A DNA stretch of 64,000 nt from Podarcis tiliguerta. Taxonomy: Eukaryota. The stretch is taken from NCBI GenBank assembly GCA_965153285.1, contig OZ229114.1, one strand, 5' to 3'. Under the pieces are notes generated by a model. The model was given only the letters and a program-made list of their open reading frames with translations. It did no database searches and was not told where the DNA came from. Below, piece by piece: positions 49,854 to 62,880 of this stretch; position 1 is the stretch's first letter, and each line of letters begins with the position of its first letter. The position numbers were made by a program, and so were the translations under genes.

Positions 49854-49876
49854 AAGATTTTTCACAATCATTAAAC

Positions 49877-50002
49877 CAGTGATGGCCAAACTTGGCCCTC
49901 CCGCTATTTTGGGACTACAACTCCGATCATCCCTCGCTAACAGGACCAGTGGTCAGGGATGATGTCCCAAAATAGCTGGAGGGCCAAATTTGGCCATCAC
50001 TG
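49877..50002. mobile_element. hAT-type MITE
   Basis: TIRs CAGTGATGGCCAAA.TTGGCCCTCC; exact 8-bp TSD CATTAAAC. Confidence 0.92.
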
Positions 50003-50291
50003 CATTAAACACACACCACGATAGTATTCAATGCCTCACAGTGCAATCCTGTGTCTGCTCAGAAGCAAGTACCGCTGAATGCAACGGGCCTCGCTCCCAA
50101 GTAAGGGTGAGTAAGACTGCAGCCTCAGTCAGTATACAACACCAGCTCAAGGAGGTCTCCTTGCCACTGTCCCAAAAATATTACAAGGTTTGTCTGCTTA
50201 TGAATCAAAATGCCAAAGTTAAAAGGGGGGGGGGGGCTGATCCTATGCTTGGTTACTTAGAAGCTAGTCCTGCTATGTTCAATGAGTCTTA

Positions 50292-50650
50292 AAGGTAAAG
50301 GTACCCCTGACCGATAGGTCCTGTTGCAGACAACTCTGGGATTGCACGCTCATCTCGCTCTATAGGCCGAGGGAGCTGACGTTTGTCCGCAGACAGCTTC
50401 CGGGTCATATGGCCAGCATGGCTAAGCCGCTTCTGGCGAACCAGAGCAGCACACAGAAACACTGTTTACCTTCCCGCCGGAGCAGTATCTATTTATCTAT
50501 TTGCATTTTGACGTGCTTTCAAACTGCTAGGTGGGCAGGAGCTGGGACCAAACAATGGGAGCTCACCGCATTGTGGGGATTCGAACCAGCGACCTACTAA
50601 TCGGCAAGCCCTAGGCTCTGTGGTTTAGACCACAGTGCCACCCACGTCCC
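50292..50650 (-). mobile_element. Sauria-type SINE, near full length
   Basis: Similar to 6159-6502; TSD TCAATGAG(T/G)CTTA at 50279-50291 and 50651-50663. Confidence 0.9.
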
Positions 50651-51963
50651 TCAATGAGGCTTACTTGGGCATAAGTGTGCACAGGAAGTCTAATTTATTA
50701 TCCTTAGGAGGATGAAGCAGGGCAACTACATGACAGAATATGCCATTAGAGAACTATTAAATGAGGATTAAATGAGAAGACCTTTGTGGAGCAGGACAAA
50801 CAAATAACTATTATGGTAAGAAATAATTAAATCCCACATACACCGCCATTACAAGAATTACTACTTTTGCTAAAAGCCAGAGCAGCTGCATAAATAATTG
50901 AATAACTACCAATTACGTGGGCTTTGTGAACAGGTGACTTGGGGAGCACAATGAACCAGCTTGCAGAGGCCAAATTTTCATTTTGAGAAAGCAGGCGTTG
51001 TGGGACATTTTAGGGAGCCTAGAAGCGACATTGCCATTTTAAGGCTGGCACAAAATAAAGTCAGCCAAGTGCTACTTCACACAACAGTTTTTTGTCACAT
51101 TGCTCCCTCCCACAATATGCCAGAGAACATAAGATTAGTTATCTGTACCTCTTCAGTTTCAACATTATGCAGCTGTTTAACACTTTCCTAAGATGCCTCA
51201 CAGTGTTAAAATATGACAAGCAAACAACAGCAACATCTTACAAAAACTATCACACTATACCATCACACTGATTGTGACCTCATGCTGATGCTGGCCACCT
51301 AAAGAAGAGAAAAACTAGCCAACATGCCCTATCACAATTGTCACCACTTTCATGAGTAATGTGTGTTTTGTACCCTTAACAAGTGTTTCTTTTTGTCTTA
51401 TTTTGCCCTTCCCTCAAATTCAAGTGATACCTCTAATCAGGCAGGCAAGCATCACCATATACCAAAACTTCTTAGGATGTGGGATGACTATCCTATAATT
51501 TCAGCTGTGTGTGTCTGTGCTATGTCCATCTGAAGCCCGCCTGTTATTTCTTTTTTAAATGGGAGACACTCTTGTTAGCCATCACCATGTGGGGATAAGG
51601 AAACATCAAAAGCCAGCTTGAGAATTCCCATGGAGAAGAATGGAAAATAAAAACTAAAGCATTGACTCCTGCACATGCCTAATAATAGATTTTATCCCAC
51701 TAATAGGGCGTACAGAGTTACTTGTATGCACCAAAGCACAAAATATTTCACCCATATGTATGGCAGTTCTTACATAAGGGCATCTGCATGGAGCACCAAC
51801 TGCATCACAAGTTAATTTATCAACATGGTGAGAAGACACACCTTTCTTTCCTTCCATGGAAACAGGATCTTTTGCTCAGGCAACCATCTCAAGTGGTATG
51901 TGATGATAAAAAAACAAAGTTCATTTGAACAGAAAGTTGGATCCTCTTCCTCCCTTTGAAATA

Positions 51964-52237
51964 CAGTGGTGCCTCACAAGACGAAATTAATTTGTTCTGC
52001 GAGTTTTTTTGTCTTGTGAATTTTTCGTCTTGCGAAGCACGGTTTCCCATAGGAAATGCATTGATGGTTTCCCATAGGAATGCATTGACGGTTTTAAGAA
52101 AAAGGCGCAAGACGTTTTCGTCTTGCAAAGCAAGCCCATAGGGAAATTCGTCTTGCGAAGCAACTCAAAAAACAAAAAACTCTTTCGTCTTGCGAGTTTT
52201 TCGTCTTGCGAGGCATTCGTCTTGCGAGGTACCACTG
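51964..52237. mobile_element. Tc1/mariner-type MITE family A
   Basis: Same TIRs as 37263-37620 with TA TSD. Confidence 0.9.
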
Positions 52238-52654
52238 TAACAGCAAAGGTCACAGAGCACAACAACCATACCTTCCATTTGAATATTGGGGGGGGGGGGG
52301 AATTGTTTAGACACTTCCCAAGACTGCTCATATATGTGAAATGTACAGTGGGCTGCTTGTGTATGCTATTCCAGCAGCTGACTTCTCGTATTTCTTATTA
52401 ACTATTTATGTCCTTAAGGAGCAGAAAGGAGTCTCTTCAACAGTCAGCACCCTACTCCCAGGAGAGAACACCCAACTGGCTCGCATAAACCTACCTTCAT
52501 GTTTCCCCAGGCTTCTTTGAAAGGGCAGGATACAAATTTCACAACTAAAATGTTACATTAATGGCATGATCAGCAATCACAATTGTGTGCATGTGTTTAA
52601 GTTAAATAGCAGCCCAAGTGTTGGGGTGGAATTTTCATAAGTACCACAGTAAGT

Positions 52655-52806
52655 GGGGAAGAGAGATAAAAGCTCAGTCAGTAGAGCACAAAGGGTTTAA
52701 TCTCAGGGTCGTGGGTTCAAGCCCCACATTGGGTTAAAGATTCCTGCATTGCAGGAGGTTGGACTAGATAATCCTCGTAGGAGCTTCCAACTCTACAATT
52801 CTATGA
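52655..52806 (+). mobile_element. tRNA-derived SINE with CR1-type tail
   Basis: AGCTCAGTCAGTAGAGCA (A box), GGTTCAAGCCC (B box), tail GGTTGGACTAGA..TTCCAACTCTACAATTCTATGAT. Confidence 0.75.
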
Positions 52807-54454
52807 TATTCTTCCCTATTCATGATTTCTATAAAAATTGTCCCATTCACTGTATGTAGCAATTAGCATTAGACATTGGTGCCAATTGTAACATTTTTTT
52901 TCTACTGCAAATTACCATCTCCACAGCTGAAATTTAACTTTTTAAAACCCACATGTTCACTAATAATGCCATTTAGTGGAACACATAGTTAGCCCCTTAA
53001 TAATATAGTAACTGAAACAAAGCCAACATGATGCTGCAGCAGACACATAGGGCTGCTACAGAAAACAGCAGCCTCATGCCTCTTGCTCATCTTTCTCAAG
53101 TAACACTAAGATCTCTCAACATTCAACAATAATTCATCAGACGGTTGAGTTTCTTTACCCCTCCTGCTCCACTTCACTGGCTGCCATCTGCAGGTTTAGA
53201 GAACCTTGCATCACTATTATGTCATATCACACATACAGCATCCCCTTAGATCAGGGGCCAAGCTTTCTAGGTTCATGGTTAAACTCAGATCCAAAAGAAT
53301 TAAACTGAGCCTTGAAAAGCACATAGAGCTGAAAGAGGAAGTGGGAAAGGGTGTCTCTCTTCCAACTTCCTCCTTCAGCTCTGTACATTTCAAGGGATAA
53401 AAACAGCACCCTCGCCATCTTACAACTGAGGGAGCAGTGAGTGGGGACTGGGGGTCAGCTCAGAGGATTCAAGGGCACCAGGAGAAGACCTCAAAGATGC
53501 CACTATGCCTATGGGCACCATGTTACCACCCCCTGCCCCAGATATAAGAAGACTGGGGACAATCTAGCTGTAATTTAAGAGTACCACCAGGGGAAAATAA
53601 AGTTATTTGCACCATAGCAGAACCCTGTGTGCAGCAACCAAAAGATAAATAAATAGCGGTATGAAAAACAAAAGCCAGTGCTCAAGGAGCTTAGCACTGA
53701 ACTAAGTGGAAGGAATGCTGCAAGATCTGAGTTTCCACGCTGGCTCTTTCATATTACCCACTACCACACCTACTCTGCAGAACCTTGGCCAAGATAACAA
53801 CCTCATTCTCCCTTACATCTAGAAAGGATCGAGATGTTATCAAGTCATAGCATTACAAAACAAACTGAACTTAAGAAAAAACAAGTCCACAATGCTGCTT
53901 AGATTTGGTGGATCTAAATTTAGGTCTGGTTACAAGTAAGAAGGCAGGACCCCACATTCATTTACGGACTTATTGTTAAAACTGTGTTAATGGAAGACAA
54001 TCTTACTCAGCTATGAGTGATCACCAAAGAAGAATAAGCCTTTCAAATGAGCAAATGTAGGCATGCCTAATTCTGCAAAGGCTTGCATTCTACGCTGGAT
54101 TTGTTTTTTCAAAACCAAGAATGGGGGAGTCTAATCTGGGACTGGGATCTTGAAGAAAAGAAGGCATGACATTCAGGCTACTACGAGACCCCTTTTTAGA
54201 TGTTTCTTTCATAACCTGTCGTAAAACTCAAGCACAGCAGTAGACTAGCAGTGGGCTCTTATGCAAAGTTTACTCAGAAGATTCACTGTGTTCAATGAGG
54301 CCATGTGTGCATTTATGTGGGGAAAACCAGAGAACTCATTGAAACATGCCTCCACTGTAAACATGAGCGGGGACTGTGTTGTAGAGAAGGCAGGGCTGAA
54401 AGCAAGTTTTGCTGAAGAGTGTATCCCATCCAATATCAATGAAACAAATAACTG

Positions 54455-54574
54455 CCCTCTGTGGGCAGCCTTGTATAGCAGGGAAGTTTTTAATGTTTGA
54501 TGTCTTACTGTGTTTTAATTTGTTGGAAGCCACCCAGAATGGCTGGGGTAACCCAGTCAGAAAGGCGGCTTATA

Positions 54575-54605
<31 letters not shown>
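54455..54605 (+). mobile_element. L2-type 3' tail with (GTA)n
   Basis: GGAAGCCACCCAGAATGGCTGGGG..GGCGGCTTATAAA followed by a trinucleotide tail. Confidence 0.6.
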
Positions 54606-54607
<2 letters not shown>

Positions 54608-54829
54608 ATTCATTTTGCCATAGCGGCCTGTAAGTATTCTCCCTCACATGGGACCCCACCCATTTCCACTGCTTACTCTTTTGACAAAGCAGGCTCTTAT
54701 GTGTCAAAAGTGCCATCTGAAATAAAACTTGGGTATGTTGCCATGGGCTTTTGCTTTAGTCGTGAGGTAACTTTACAACCCATAGGTCACGCAACCCGTG
54801 GCAGGGCAGTTACCCCGAAGTACCTGCTT

Positions 54830-56420
54830 GTACACAAGGCCTTAGAGCGCCTAGAAAGGCAACGCCGCGCACCTTCCCCTCAGAAGCCAGTCCAACCGGG
54901 GGTGGGGGGTGGTGGGCGACTTACTTTCTCATATATATAACTCGGGCTGCAAGTTCTGGTGGGCCTGAAGGCCGCGCCGCCCGAAGCTCACCTGAGGCAG
55001 CGGCGGCGGCGCTGCTTTACCTAGAGACTATTGACGCCGCCTTTCTTTTTTTGGCGTGCAGATTGCGGTTCCGCCCAGGGAGGCGGCGGCGGCGCTGTCT
55101 CCGCCCAGGCAGCCATGGAAATTGGCTGTATCCGTTGCAGTATCCCTAGGCCGCGGCCGGCGTCGCTGTGGGCCCGCCGGGGGAAGCGGGCAGCTCCCTT
55201 CTTGGAGCCGAGCGAGAGCGGCATATTCGGCGCGGACGGAGCGTGCGCCAGCCTCTCGTCGCTTGCTCGGCCCAGGCGGTGAGCTTCGGCCACCGACCCC
55301 GCCTCCGTGCCTCGCAGCAGCAGCAGCAGTACAGCCGCGGCAGCCGCAGCTGCCCGAGAGGCGGGCGGACGAGCAGGAAGGCGCGCTGAGGTGTGTGCAA
55401 CAGCAGCAGGAGCCGCCGCCTCCCCAGGGCCGGGCATGGCCGACAGTGCCAGCGAGAGCGACACGGACGGCGCGGGGGGCAGCGGCGGCGGTCCGGGGGT
55501 GTCTCTGCCCGGCTGCCCGGCGGGGCCTGGCTCCTCGGGGGGCAGCAAAGCGGGCGGCATCGTGATCTCGCCGTTCCGGCTGGAGGAGCTGACGAACCGC
55601 CTGGCGTCGCTGCAGCAGGAGAACAAGGTGCTCAAGATCGAGCTGGAGACCTACAAGCTCAAGTGCAAAGCGCTGCAGGAGGAGAACCGCGACCTACGCA
55701 AGGCCAGCGTCACCATCGTGAGTGCGGGAGGGCCGGGCAGGGCGTTACGGGAGCAAGCGGGGCTCGACCCCCTTGGCCTTCCCCCACGCGAGGCACCCTC
55801 GCTCCGTCCTCAGCGAGGCCCGCCGCTCGCCTCTTCACCTGGGAGTTGGTGGAGGGGAGGCGCCGGCCGGGCCCGCCTCAGGTGGGGCTTGGGAGGGCCT
55901 CGCCTTGGGAGGGCTCCGGGTGGCAGCGCTGGCGAGGCGCCGGGGGGGGGGTGCGGCGGGAGAAGGTGGAGGCCCAGCTGGGAGGGCTTTCCCGCGCCTC
56001 CGTCCCCTTTTCTCGCCTGCGCGCTTTTCCCCACGCGCGAGCTGCTGCTTTTCGCCCTGGCAGGCAGCTCGATCCTGCGCCTACTCCAAAGTAGGTCCTG
56101 TCGAGTTGAGTGCGCGCAGGATTGCATCTCCGAATCTGAGCCGGGCCTTCTCGGTATTGGGTCCTGGGCAGCAGCCACGCCAATGGGCCCCTGGTGGCAG
56201 CCGACTTTATTTTCGTTTTGCTCGCCACATGTTTTGGAGAGGGAATGGGCTCCCTTCTTCTCTGCTCCGCCTGCTGCCGCCATGCACGTCTATTGCACAC
56301 AGTTGTTGTGTCGTCGCCGCCGCCTTCTGTTGGAATGGCTGGGTTGTGATTTTTTGTATTCGCACCTGAGCGGAAGGATGGCGTTGGAGATGGTGGCTGC
56401 CCGAAGCGTGGTTCGGAATG
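54830..56420. promoter_or_regulatory. CCDC6: CpG island / CCDC6 promoter
   Basis: Abrupt GC and CpG enrichment; GC boxes CCGCCC at 54977, 55071 and 55101; ATTGG at 55121; TATATAA at ~54934; GGC and GCA repeats. Confidence 0.9.
55436..55717 (+). CDS. CCDC6: Coiled-coil domain-containing protein 6, coding part of exon 1 (94 aa)
   Basis: GGCATGG Kozak; [15 protein letters not shown]...[55 protein letters not shown]; donor ATC|gtgagt. Exon 2 was not found in the window. Confidence 0.97.
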
Positions 56421-57129
56421 AACAGGGTGCCCATATAAGTTGCAGCGTTAGAATCTCAGATACATAAGCTAAGTGCCAAAAGGCTCCTTAAACCAGGGTT
56501 GCCATCACCAAAATGGATAGCCCTAGTTGCCGTTTTGGGGCCAGGTAGTCCTAAAACCAAATTTCTCAATATGGCTTTTTGGTTGCTGAAATTCATTCTG
56601 ATTGTGCAGATAAAATATAACGGGTAGAACTCGTGTGTGAAAAGAGTCAAGATCCAAGGATTCCCAGGCATGCAGCTCCAGATGATGGAGACATCAAAAT
56701 GCACCTGACAAATTTCGAATGCTGGCAAGTTGGTGAGAGCAGTGAAAAGCAAGCAAGGCATTATGTGTGGGTACAGTGAGGAATAGAAGTGTGGAGCTAG
56801 ATGAATGGTGGACTTCAGATATTGCACACCTTTATACATGATCTTTCTATAGTTTTTATAAATTGCTTTTCTGTGCTATAGACTAGATGCCCATTGGGCT
56901 AGATGTCCATTCTATTACTCTATTCTGTACCCCACTTTTTTCTTCCAAGGAGCTCCAAGTGGTATACATGTAACTCCCATTTGCACAGGCATTGTGTTCT
57001 AGGTCATTGGCATGTCAGTGGTCACACATAAACCCATTCTGCCCCCCACCAGGCCTGAAAGCTGCATGTATGTTGGCCATCAGTTGGACATGTGCAAAAT
57101 GGTCGCCACCTGTACATGGTTCTCTCACC

Positions 57130-57285
57130 CCAATCCCCACAACAACCCTGTGAGGTAGATTAGAGTGAGAGGCAGTGAGTGAGTAGCCCAATGCCACCCG
57201 GTGAGCTTCATGGCCACAGTGGGGATTTGAACCCTGGTCTTCTGGGTCCCAGTCTGACATTCTAACCACTCATCCACAGTGGCTC
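57130..57285 (-). mobile_element. MIR/CORE-like SINE
   Basis: CACAACAACCCTGTGAGGTAG core plus reversed B box GGGATTTGAACCC. Confidence 0.7.
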
Positions 57286-58849
57286 ATTTTATATAGCAAA
57301 GCCAGATCTAGGGTGACTCAGAAAAACAGGGCATAGAGCAGTCACAAAACATACCAGTGGGATCAAGTTTTATTCTTTATTCTCTCTCGGATCACTGAAT
57401 GGTTGCCATTGACTTGTAATATGGGGGGAAATAAAATGCTGCACTGAGAGAAAAGCCATGGCAAAAAAAGGTGCCACATGGTACTGCATAGGTCTGCTAT
57501 GTGGCAGAATTGCGGGAACCACCTTCATTGGTTTTGTGTGAGGTTGCAGTCAAAAGTCTAGTTACTGTGTTGCCAAAGCCCTGTTCAAACCTAACATTTG
57601 AATGCTTCCATTGAGTCACATCAGTCCTGTTATTGCTGCGCAAATGGTTCATTGGATCCAACAATGACATTACATTGGGGCAATGCTAGATATGGTTTTC
57701 CTTTCTCTAATTAAAGAGAACCAAACCTATTTGTGTGGGACCAAATATATAATGTCTAAATCAGAATGGGCACTTTCAGAGATTTGAAGTAGAATTGCCT
57801 GTCTAAAATGGCTTTGGTTCTTGGAAGGAAATTAATCAGTCTTAGCAAAATTCCATGGTTTATGGTAGATTCAGGATTACAGCCTCTGTAAGCAGAGTTG
57901 CTTCAGAGATCCTGAAAATTAGCCATAGCCTTTCTTTTGAAATTTGACTTTGTATAGTTTGTACGGTGTGCCAAGGTGAAAACTGTACTTGAGTGCCTCC
58001 AGGTGACATCTAACGGGATTTTAGTTGTCCAAAATAGTTTGACAAATAGGCTGCTATGGTGTTTATTTTACATTACTAAGCACAGTCCTGATGAAGACGC
58101 ATGGGAGCTGACACAACACAAGTACTGGTGCAAGGCTGGGCTTTTAATATGCAGGGCTTCAATAATGAATATTAGGTACTGTGGCAAATTACACTAGCTT
58201 AGTTTTGTGAGCATCTATAAGTCAAGCCAAATATATACTGAACACAATATCTGTTGTCTGTTGTAGACACAAGCTGTTCACAAACATATTGTGTGACATT
58301 GACAATAGTGGTATGTTCTAAAGGACCAGACTACATAGGGGAACCAGTTATGTAGCATAACTGGTCTAGTTCATTGTGGAATAGACATTCCTAGGCAATC
58401 ACTGACTTTCATCAGCTAGGTAAAATACTGTCTCTTTAGTTGAAGTTGCTGATTAGTTTGCTTTATTCAGTTCTTAAGTTTGAATACTTATTTGAGAACT
58501 GACTTTCATACTGGAACATTTCACTCATTTTGAATCTATTCTGATAATAGAAAACCTTTGGCTTAAGGGTTTACTCTAAAGCATAGTAGTAGCATTCTAC
58601 ATGGCTCTGAAATTTTGAAAACTTGGTGAGTTTGTCTTTTTGACATCCAGCTTATCCTATAAATCAGGAGGCAAACTTGTGGAATCTATAGAAGTTTGGC
58701 TTCCTGTGTATTTCTTGGAGAATAGTGACCAAACCGTTAGGAAGGAGTCCCTGGTGGATCCTAGAACTAGACACAAGATACTCTTTGAACAAATGAAGAT
58801 TCTTCTTTGATGCCAGTAAAATGAACAAATGATTTTTTGCTCCCTAGTA

Positions 58850-59061
58850 CAATGGTACCTCGGCTTAAGTACTTCATTCGTTCCGGAGGCCTGTTGTTAA
58901 CCTGAAACTGATCTTAACCTGAAGCACCACTTTAGCTAATGGGGCCTCCCGCTGCCGCACGATTTCTGTTCTCATCCTGAAGCAAAGTTTTTAACCCGAG
59001 GTACTATTTCTGGGTTAGCAGAGTCTGTAACCTGAAGCGTATGTAACCCGAGGTACCACTG
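58850..59061. mobile_element. Tc1/mariner-type MITE family B, opposite orientation to 47014-47255
   Basis: TIRs and TA TSD; internal sequence is the reverse complement of the 47-kb copy. Confidence 0.88.
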
Positions 59062-59251
59062 TAATTCTAATAAGAATGAGTCTGAAAGGGATACCTCTCC
59101 TCAGCAAGCTCCCTATATCAGGATGTAATCTCCTGCCATAGGGAACCTGTGTAGATGCTCTCTGGTTATCTGGTAGGCTCCCCCAAAGTCTGGGTGAAAT
59201 TTTGTTTACAAAGTGCTGTGAAAGTGACCACATTTAATGTATTGATAAGTA

Positions 59252-59460
59252 CAGTGGTGCCTCGCAAGACGAAGTTAATTCGTTCTGCGAGTTTTTTCGT
59301 CTTGTGAATTTTTTCATCTTGTGAAGCACCACTGTGCATTGACAGTTTCCCATAGGAATGCATTGGCGGTTTTAAAAAAAAGGCGCAAGACGTTTTCGTC
59401 TTGCGAAGCAAGCCCATAGGGAAATCCATCTTGCGAAGCAACTCAGAAAACGAAAAACGC
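59252..59460. mobile_element. Truncated MITE family A
   Basis: Left TIR present, right TIR missing. Confidence 0.8.
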
Positions 59461-62400
59461 ATTAACTTCCACAGGATGCTGAATTAAATCTCCTTTTTTT
59501 ACTAACAGAGAAAGTCTTCCAATCTATGACTTCTCAAGTTTGATATTAACTGGTATGTTCATTCAAATAGTTTATGTTTAATGAGGCTTGATTGGGTCAC
59601 CTGATCTGGATTCACATGGGGAAAAAGAGTAATAAGCAAGTGATAAAGATTCATTTCTTCACTTGTTTTTACTCATGATGAAACAAGTCTCTTTATATGT
59701 TGTGGATATACTTGGGATAATTTAAAGTTCAGTATTGGTACATACTATGTTAGGAGGCAGAAACTTCTGGGGGAAATGCCAAAATTATTTGCAATGTGAC
59801 TAGAGGAGCTTATTGATGCTGATTTCAGTGAATGGCCTCAGATGCAAATCTTCAAATTAAAGATGTGTACTTTATGTAAACTAAAGCCTTAGATGTGTGC
59901 AAGTTCAAAGGGGTTATCTTGATAATAAACAACTACAATTGGCAATACTTTCTTTAAGAGTCTAAATATTGCATTCACCAGAGGTTTATATATAAATGGT
60001 TTTATATGTAATACAGAAGTACAGATAGTTCTGAAAAGCTTACTGAAGAATATAGAAGGGTACAGCATTTCTATAGCAGGTTGTTGGCAGTCGACCTTTT
60101 AATAGCTTTCAAAAATATCTGTAAAATGAACACTTAAATAGTTTTTGATTGTCATTGCAAGGGCAGTTTAGATACTGAAAATCAAGCTTGATACATAATG
60201 GGCAACATGAAAAGTAGTGTTAAATCAGTTGTGCGTCACAACTGAAGTGTTAATGTGCAAGCAGTAAAGGATTGAGTGAATGCATAAAAAAGAATAGGAT
60301 GTTAATATGAGAACCTCTTTATACCATTTTTTGCTGTCAGTACCGTTGGGGCTTAGAGATGCTTCCCCTTTCAGTTCAGCCTTTTTCTGTTTGTTTTTGG
60401 TGTTTTAAGACTTCAGGCAATGTTTTAAAAACGTAGCTGTGTATAGTTCACATTTCTTTTTGCTGTAAGATTTGAACATAATTATGAAACCAGTGGAATT
60501 TATTTGTTAATGTGAAAAGAACTGAAACTGTTTTTAATGTTTGTTAAGCAGAAACGAATATTTCACTAACTTTTAGTGCTAAAGACGGCTTCCACTATTA
60601 AGTATTCAGATGTATCCAGTCTTGTAGAGAAGAATAGTTTTTTAAAAAATAATATTTGAAATTTGATAGTAGAAGAGAGTTGCCCAAACTTCTGAAAGCT
60701 GAGGCAGTCCCCCCATCCCGCAATTAAAACTGACAGCATTCTTCTCTTGTTTACATAACTAGAAACAAAGCTCTTTGGATGTGTAAGAACTACCTGCCCT
60801 CGGAGGAGCTTTACCCCTGTGTTTCTGAGTTGCTGTTCTGAGTGTGCCTCCTCTGAGGGTAGTTCTGCTGCAGCTCTCTCTGTGGGGTGAATTAAACATC
60901 AAATTGCATCAAATGGCTGCTTGGGAGGCTCTAAGGACAAACAGTGGATCTTACTGACATGCAGGTGGCAGTCTCCTCTGTAGGTGGATCCTTTTGGCTT
61001 GTGAGAGGTTACTTTTGATTGCATCTTAGCTGTTCCTTTGCGGCTCACTGGTGTGCCCAAATAGCAGAAATTTATGTGGGTAGCTGTGCTGGATTTAGGA
61101 GGGGAGCTTGAATTTAGGATGGGTACACATTACCTCTATTGTTTGTATACTGTAGGATAGGTAGATCAGAATCTGTTGTTGTTGTTGTTGTTGTTAGTTC
61201 ACCTTCTCCACTTCCAGGATGAGTAGCATCTCATTGTGCATTGGATTCCAAGGATGATATGAACATACAGTGGGAAATTTTGCTGCATGTATCAAGTGTT
61301 GGAGCCCAAGTTAGAAATTATTATTTATTTGTATGATGTGTTAACAGTGTACTTAGTGTTTTTAAAAGTCCAAAGATGCCTTAAAATTTATAGTGTATTG
61401 ATTTGTTTCTTACTGGAAATAGAAATTGTGGCCACAGCAAAGAACTACTCATCCATACTTGCTTCTTGAATTGCACCCTCTCAAAACACATTCCTCCACC
61501 CTCACACCAATTTTACATGGCAAACCTGTTTTAAAGGGGAAGTTTTAAAAAGTAGCTTGTGCTGTGGCAATGTGGGTGAGGTAACTATCTAATCACTTTT
61601 TTAAAGAAAACCCACCAAGTTAGTACAAGCATTTGGGTGTGCCACGGTAGTTCTTTGGACTTCAGCCCATTTGTGTGCGCTTTTTTTTTTTTTTTTTTTG
61701 GATTATTTAATATTGATTTGGAATAAGATTTCCCTTAAAGTTACTGGTCCCCCCCCCCAAATGATATTTTGACATAGCTTTATGCACATAAATATAGTAT
61801 TAAACAAAGACAAATTCAACTTACTCTGCAGAGGGAGCAGTGACTACGCCAACTTTTGCTGGGCAAGTGGGGTGTGTGAGTACACAGTGATGCACCTTTA
61901 ATTATTTTTATTTAATTGCCAATCTATTCTGTACATCATAGGGACCAAAAATTCACTTGCTATCTAGCACTTCCACTATGTTCCTTTGTAATAGGAAGCG
62001 AAATTTTGCACAAGGTCCTTTCTACCTTTTGGGGGGATTGACACATCTATTTATGCAGATTTCTGGTGATGAGTCAATAAAGGTACGGAAGGATCCTGCA
62101 GGTGAGATACTCAGAATTAGGACAGTACTGTTGATACAGACTGGACAAAGAGTTGTAAAATGTCTTTGCGGTCAGAGGTGTGCAGTACAGCAATGGAAAA
62201 TAATCTAAAATGGCAAGTCGTGGCAAGAAGTTGGAATATTTGCTTAGTTTTTGGTTTGCGTTAACGATGACAACTCGGACCTTGAAGCAAAGCTGTTATT
62301 AAACTAGGTTCTTTAGACTCCCTGATTAGATTTCTTATGCAGGATGTTAGTTTTGATCCTCCTGCATATGAGTATATACATGTTTAGTTCATGCTTCCTC

Positions 62401-62619
62401 CTAATAAGTGTTAGAATAAGATGCTTACCGTTCTAGGTTTTCTGCTTTCGGAGAAAGGAGGCCTATGGTTGTCTCTTGAGAGTGTGGCAGAAGAGATGGA
62501 TATGAATGTTAAGGCACTCCATCTTTTTCTTAGTTAATGAAACTGGCAACTCTTTGGGCAACTCATCCTAAGTACACTCCGTGATGAAATTGTTAAATGT
62601 TTTTGGTTTTGCATGTTCT

Positions 62620-62880
62620 GGTGAAACAGCCAAAGCTGGGCATAACCATTTCTAGCCACAGAAGAGATTTGAGACTCTGGTGACAAGTTGGAATCCTGGA
62701 GTACTCTCAGGCTATGAATCTGTTCCTTCAACCACTCGCAGAAGAGTTGCTCCCCTAATTCCTGGACTTGGCAGGCATCCACCCACAGAACCTCCATCTT
62801 GTCAGCTTTCAGCCTGTTTAATTGGCCCTGATCCAGCCCATTACTGCTTCCAGACACAAGTTCAACACCTGCATAGCACC
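62620..62880 (-). mobile_element. Old L2 ORF2 fragment
   Basis: LNRLKADKMEVLWV...LQDSNLSPESQISSVARNGYAQL resembles the L2 post-RT region. Confidence 0.65.

Noticed and set aside
52670-52735. tRNA-like sequence
   Set aside because: Degenerate and followed by a CR1-type tail, so it is a SINE head rather than a tRNA gene.
55307-56467. 386-aa ORF and the overlapping long ORFs on both strands
   Set aside because: Only 55436-55717 is CCDC6-like and it ends at a canonical donor; the rest reflects stop-codon scarcity in a CpG island.
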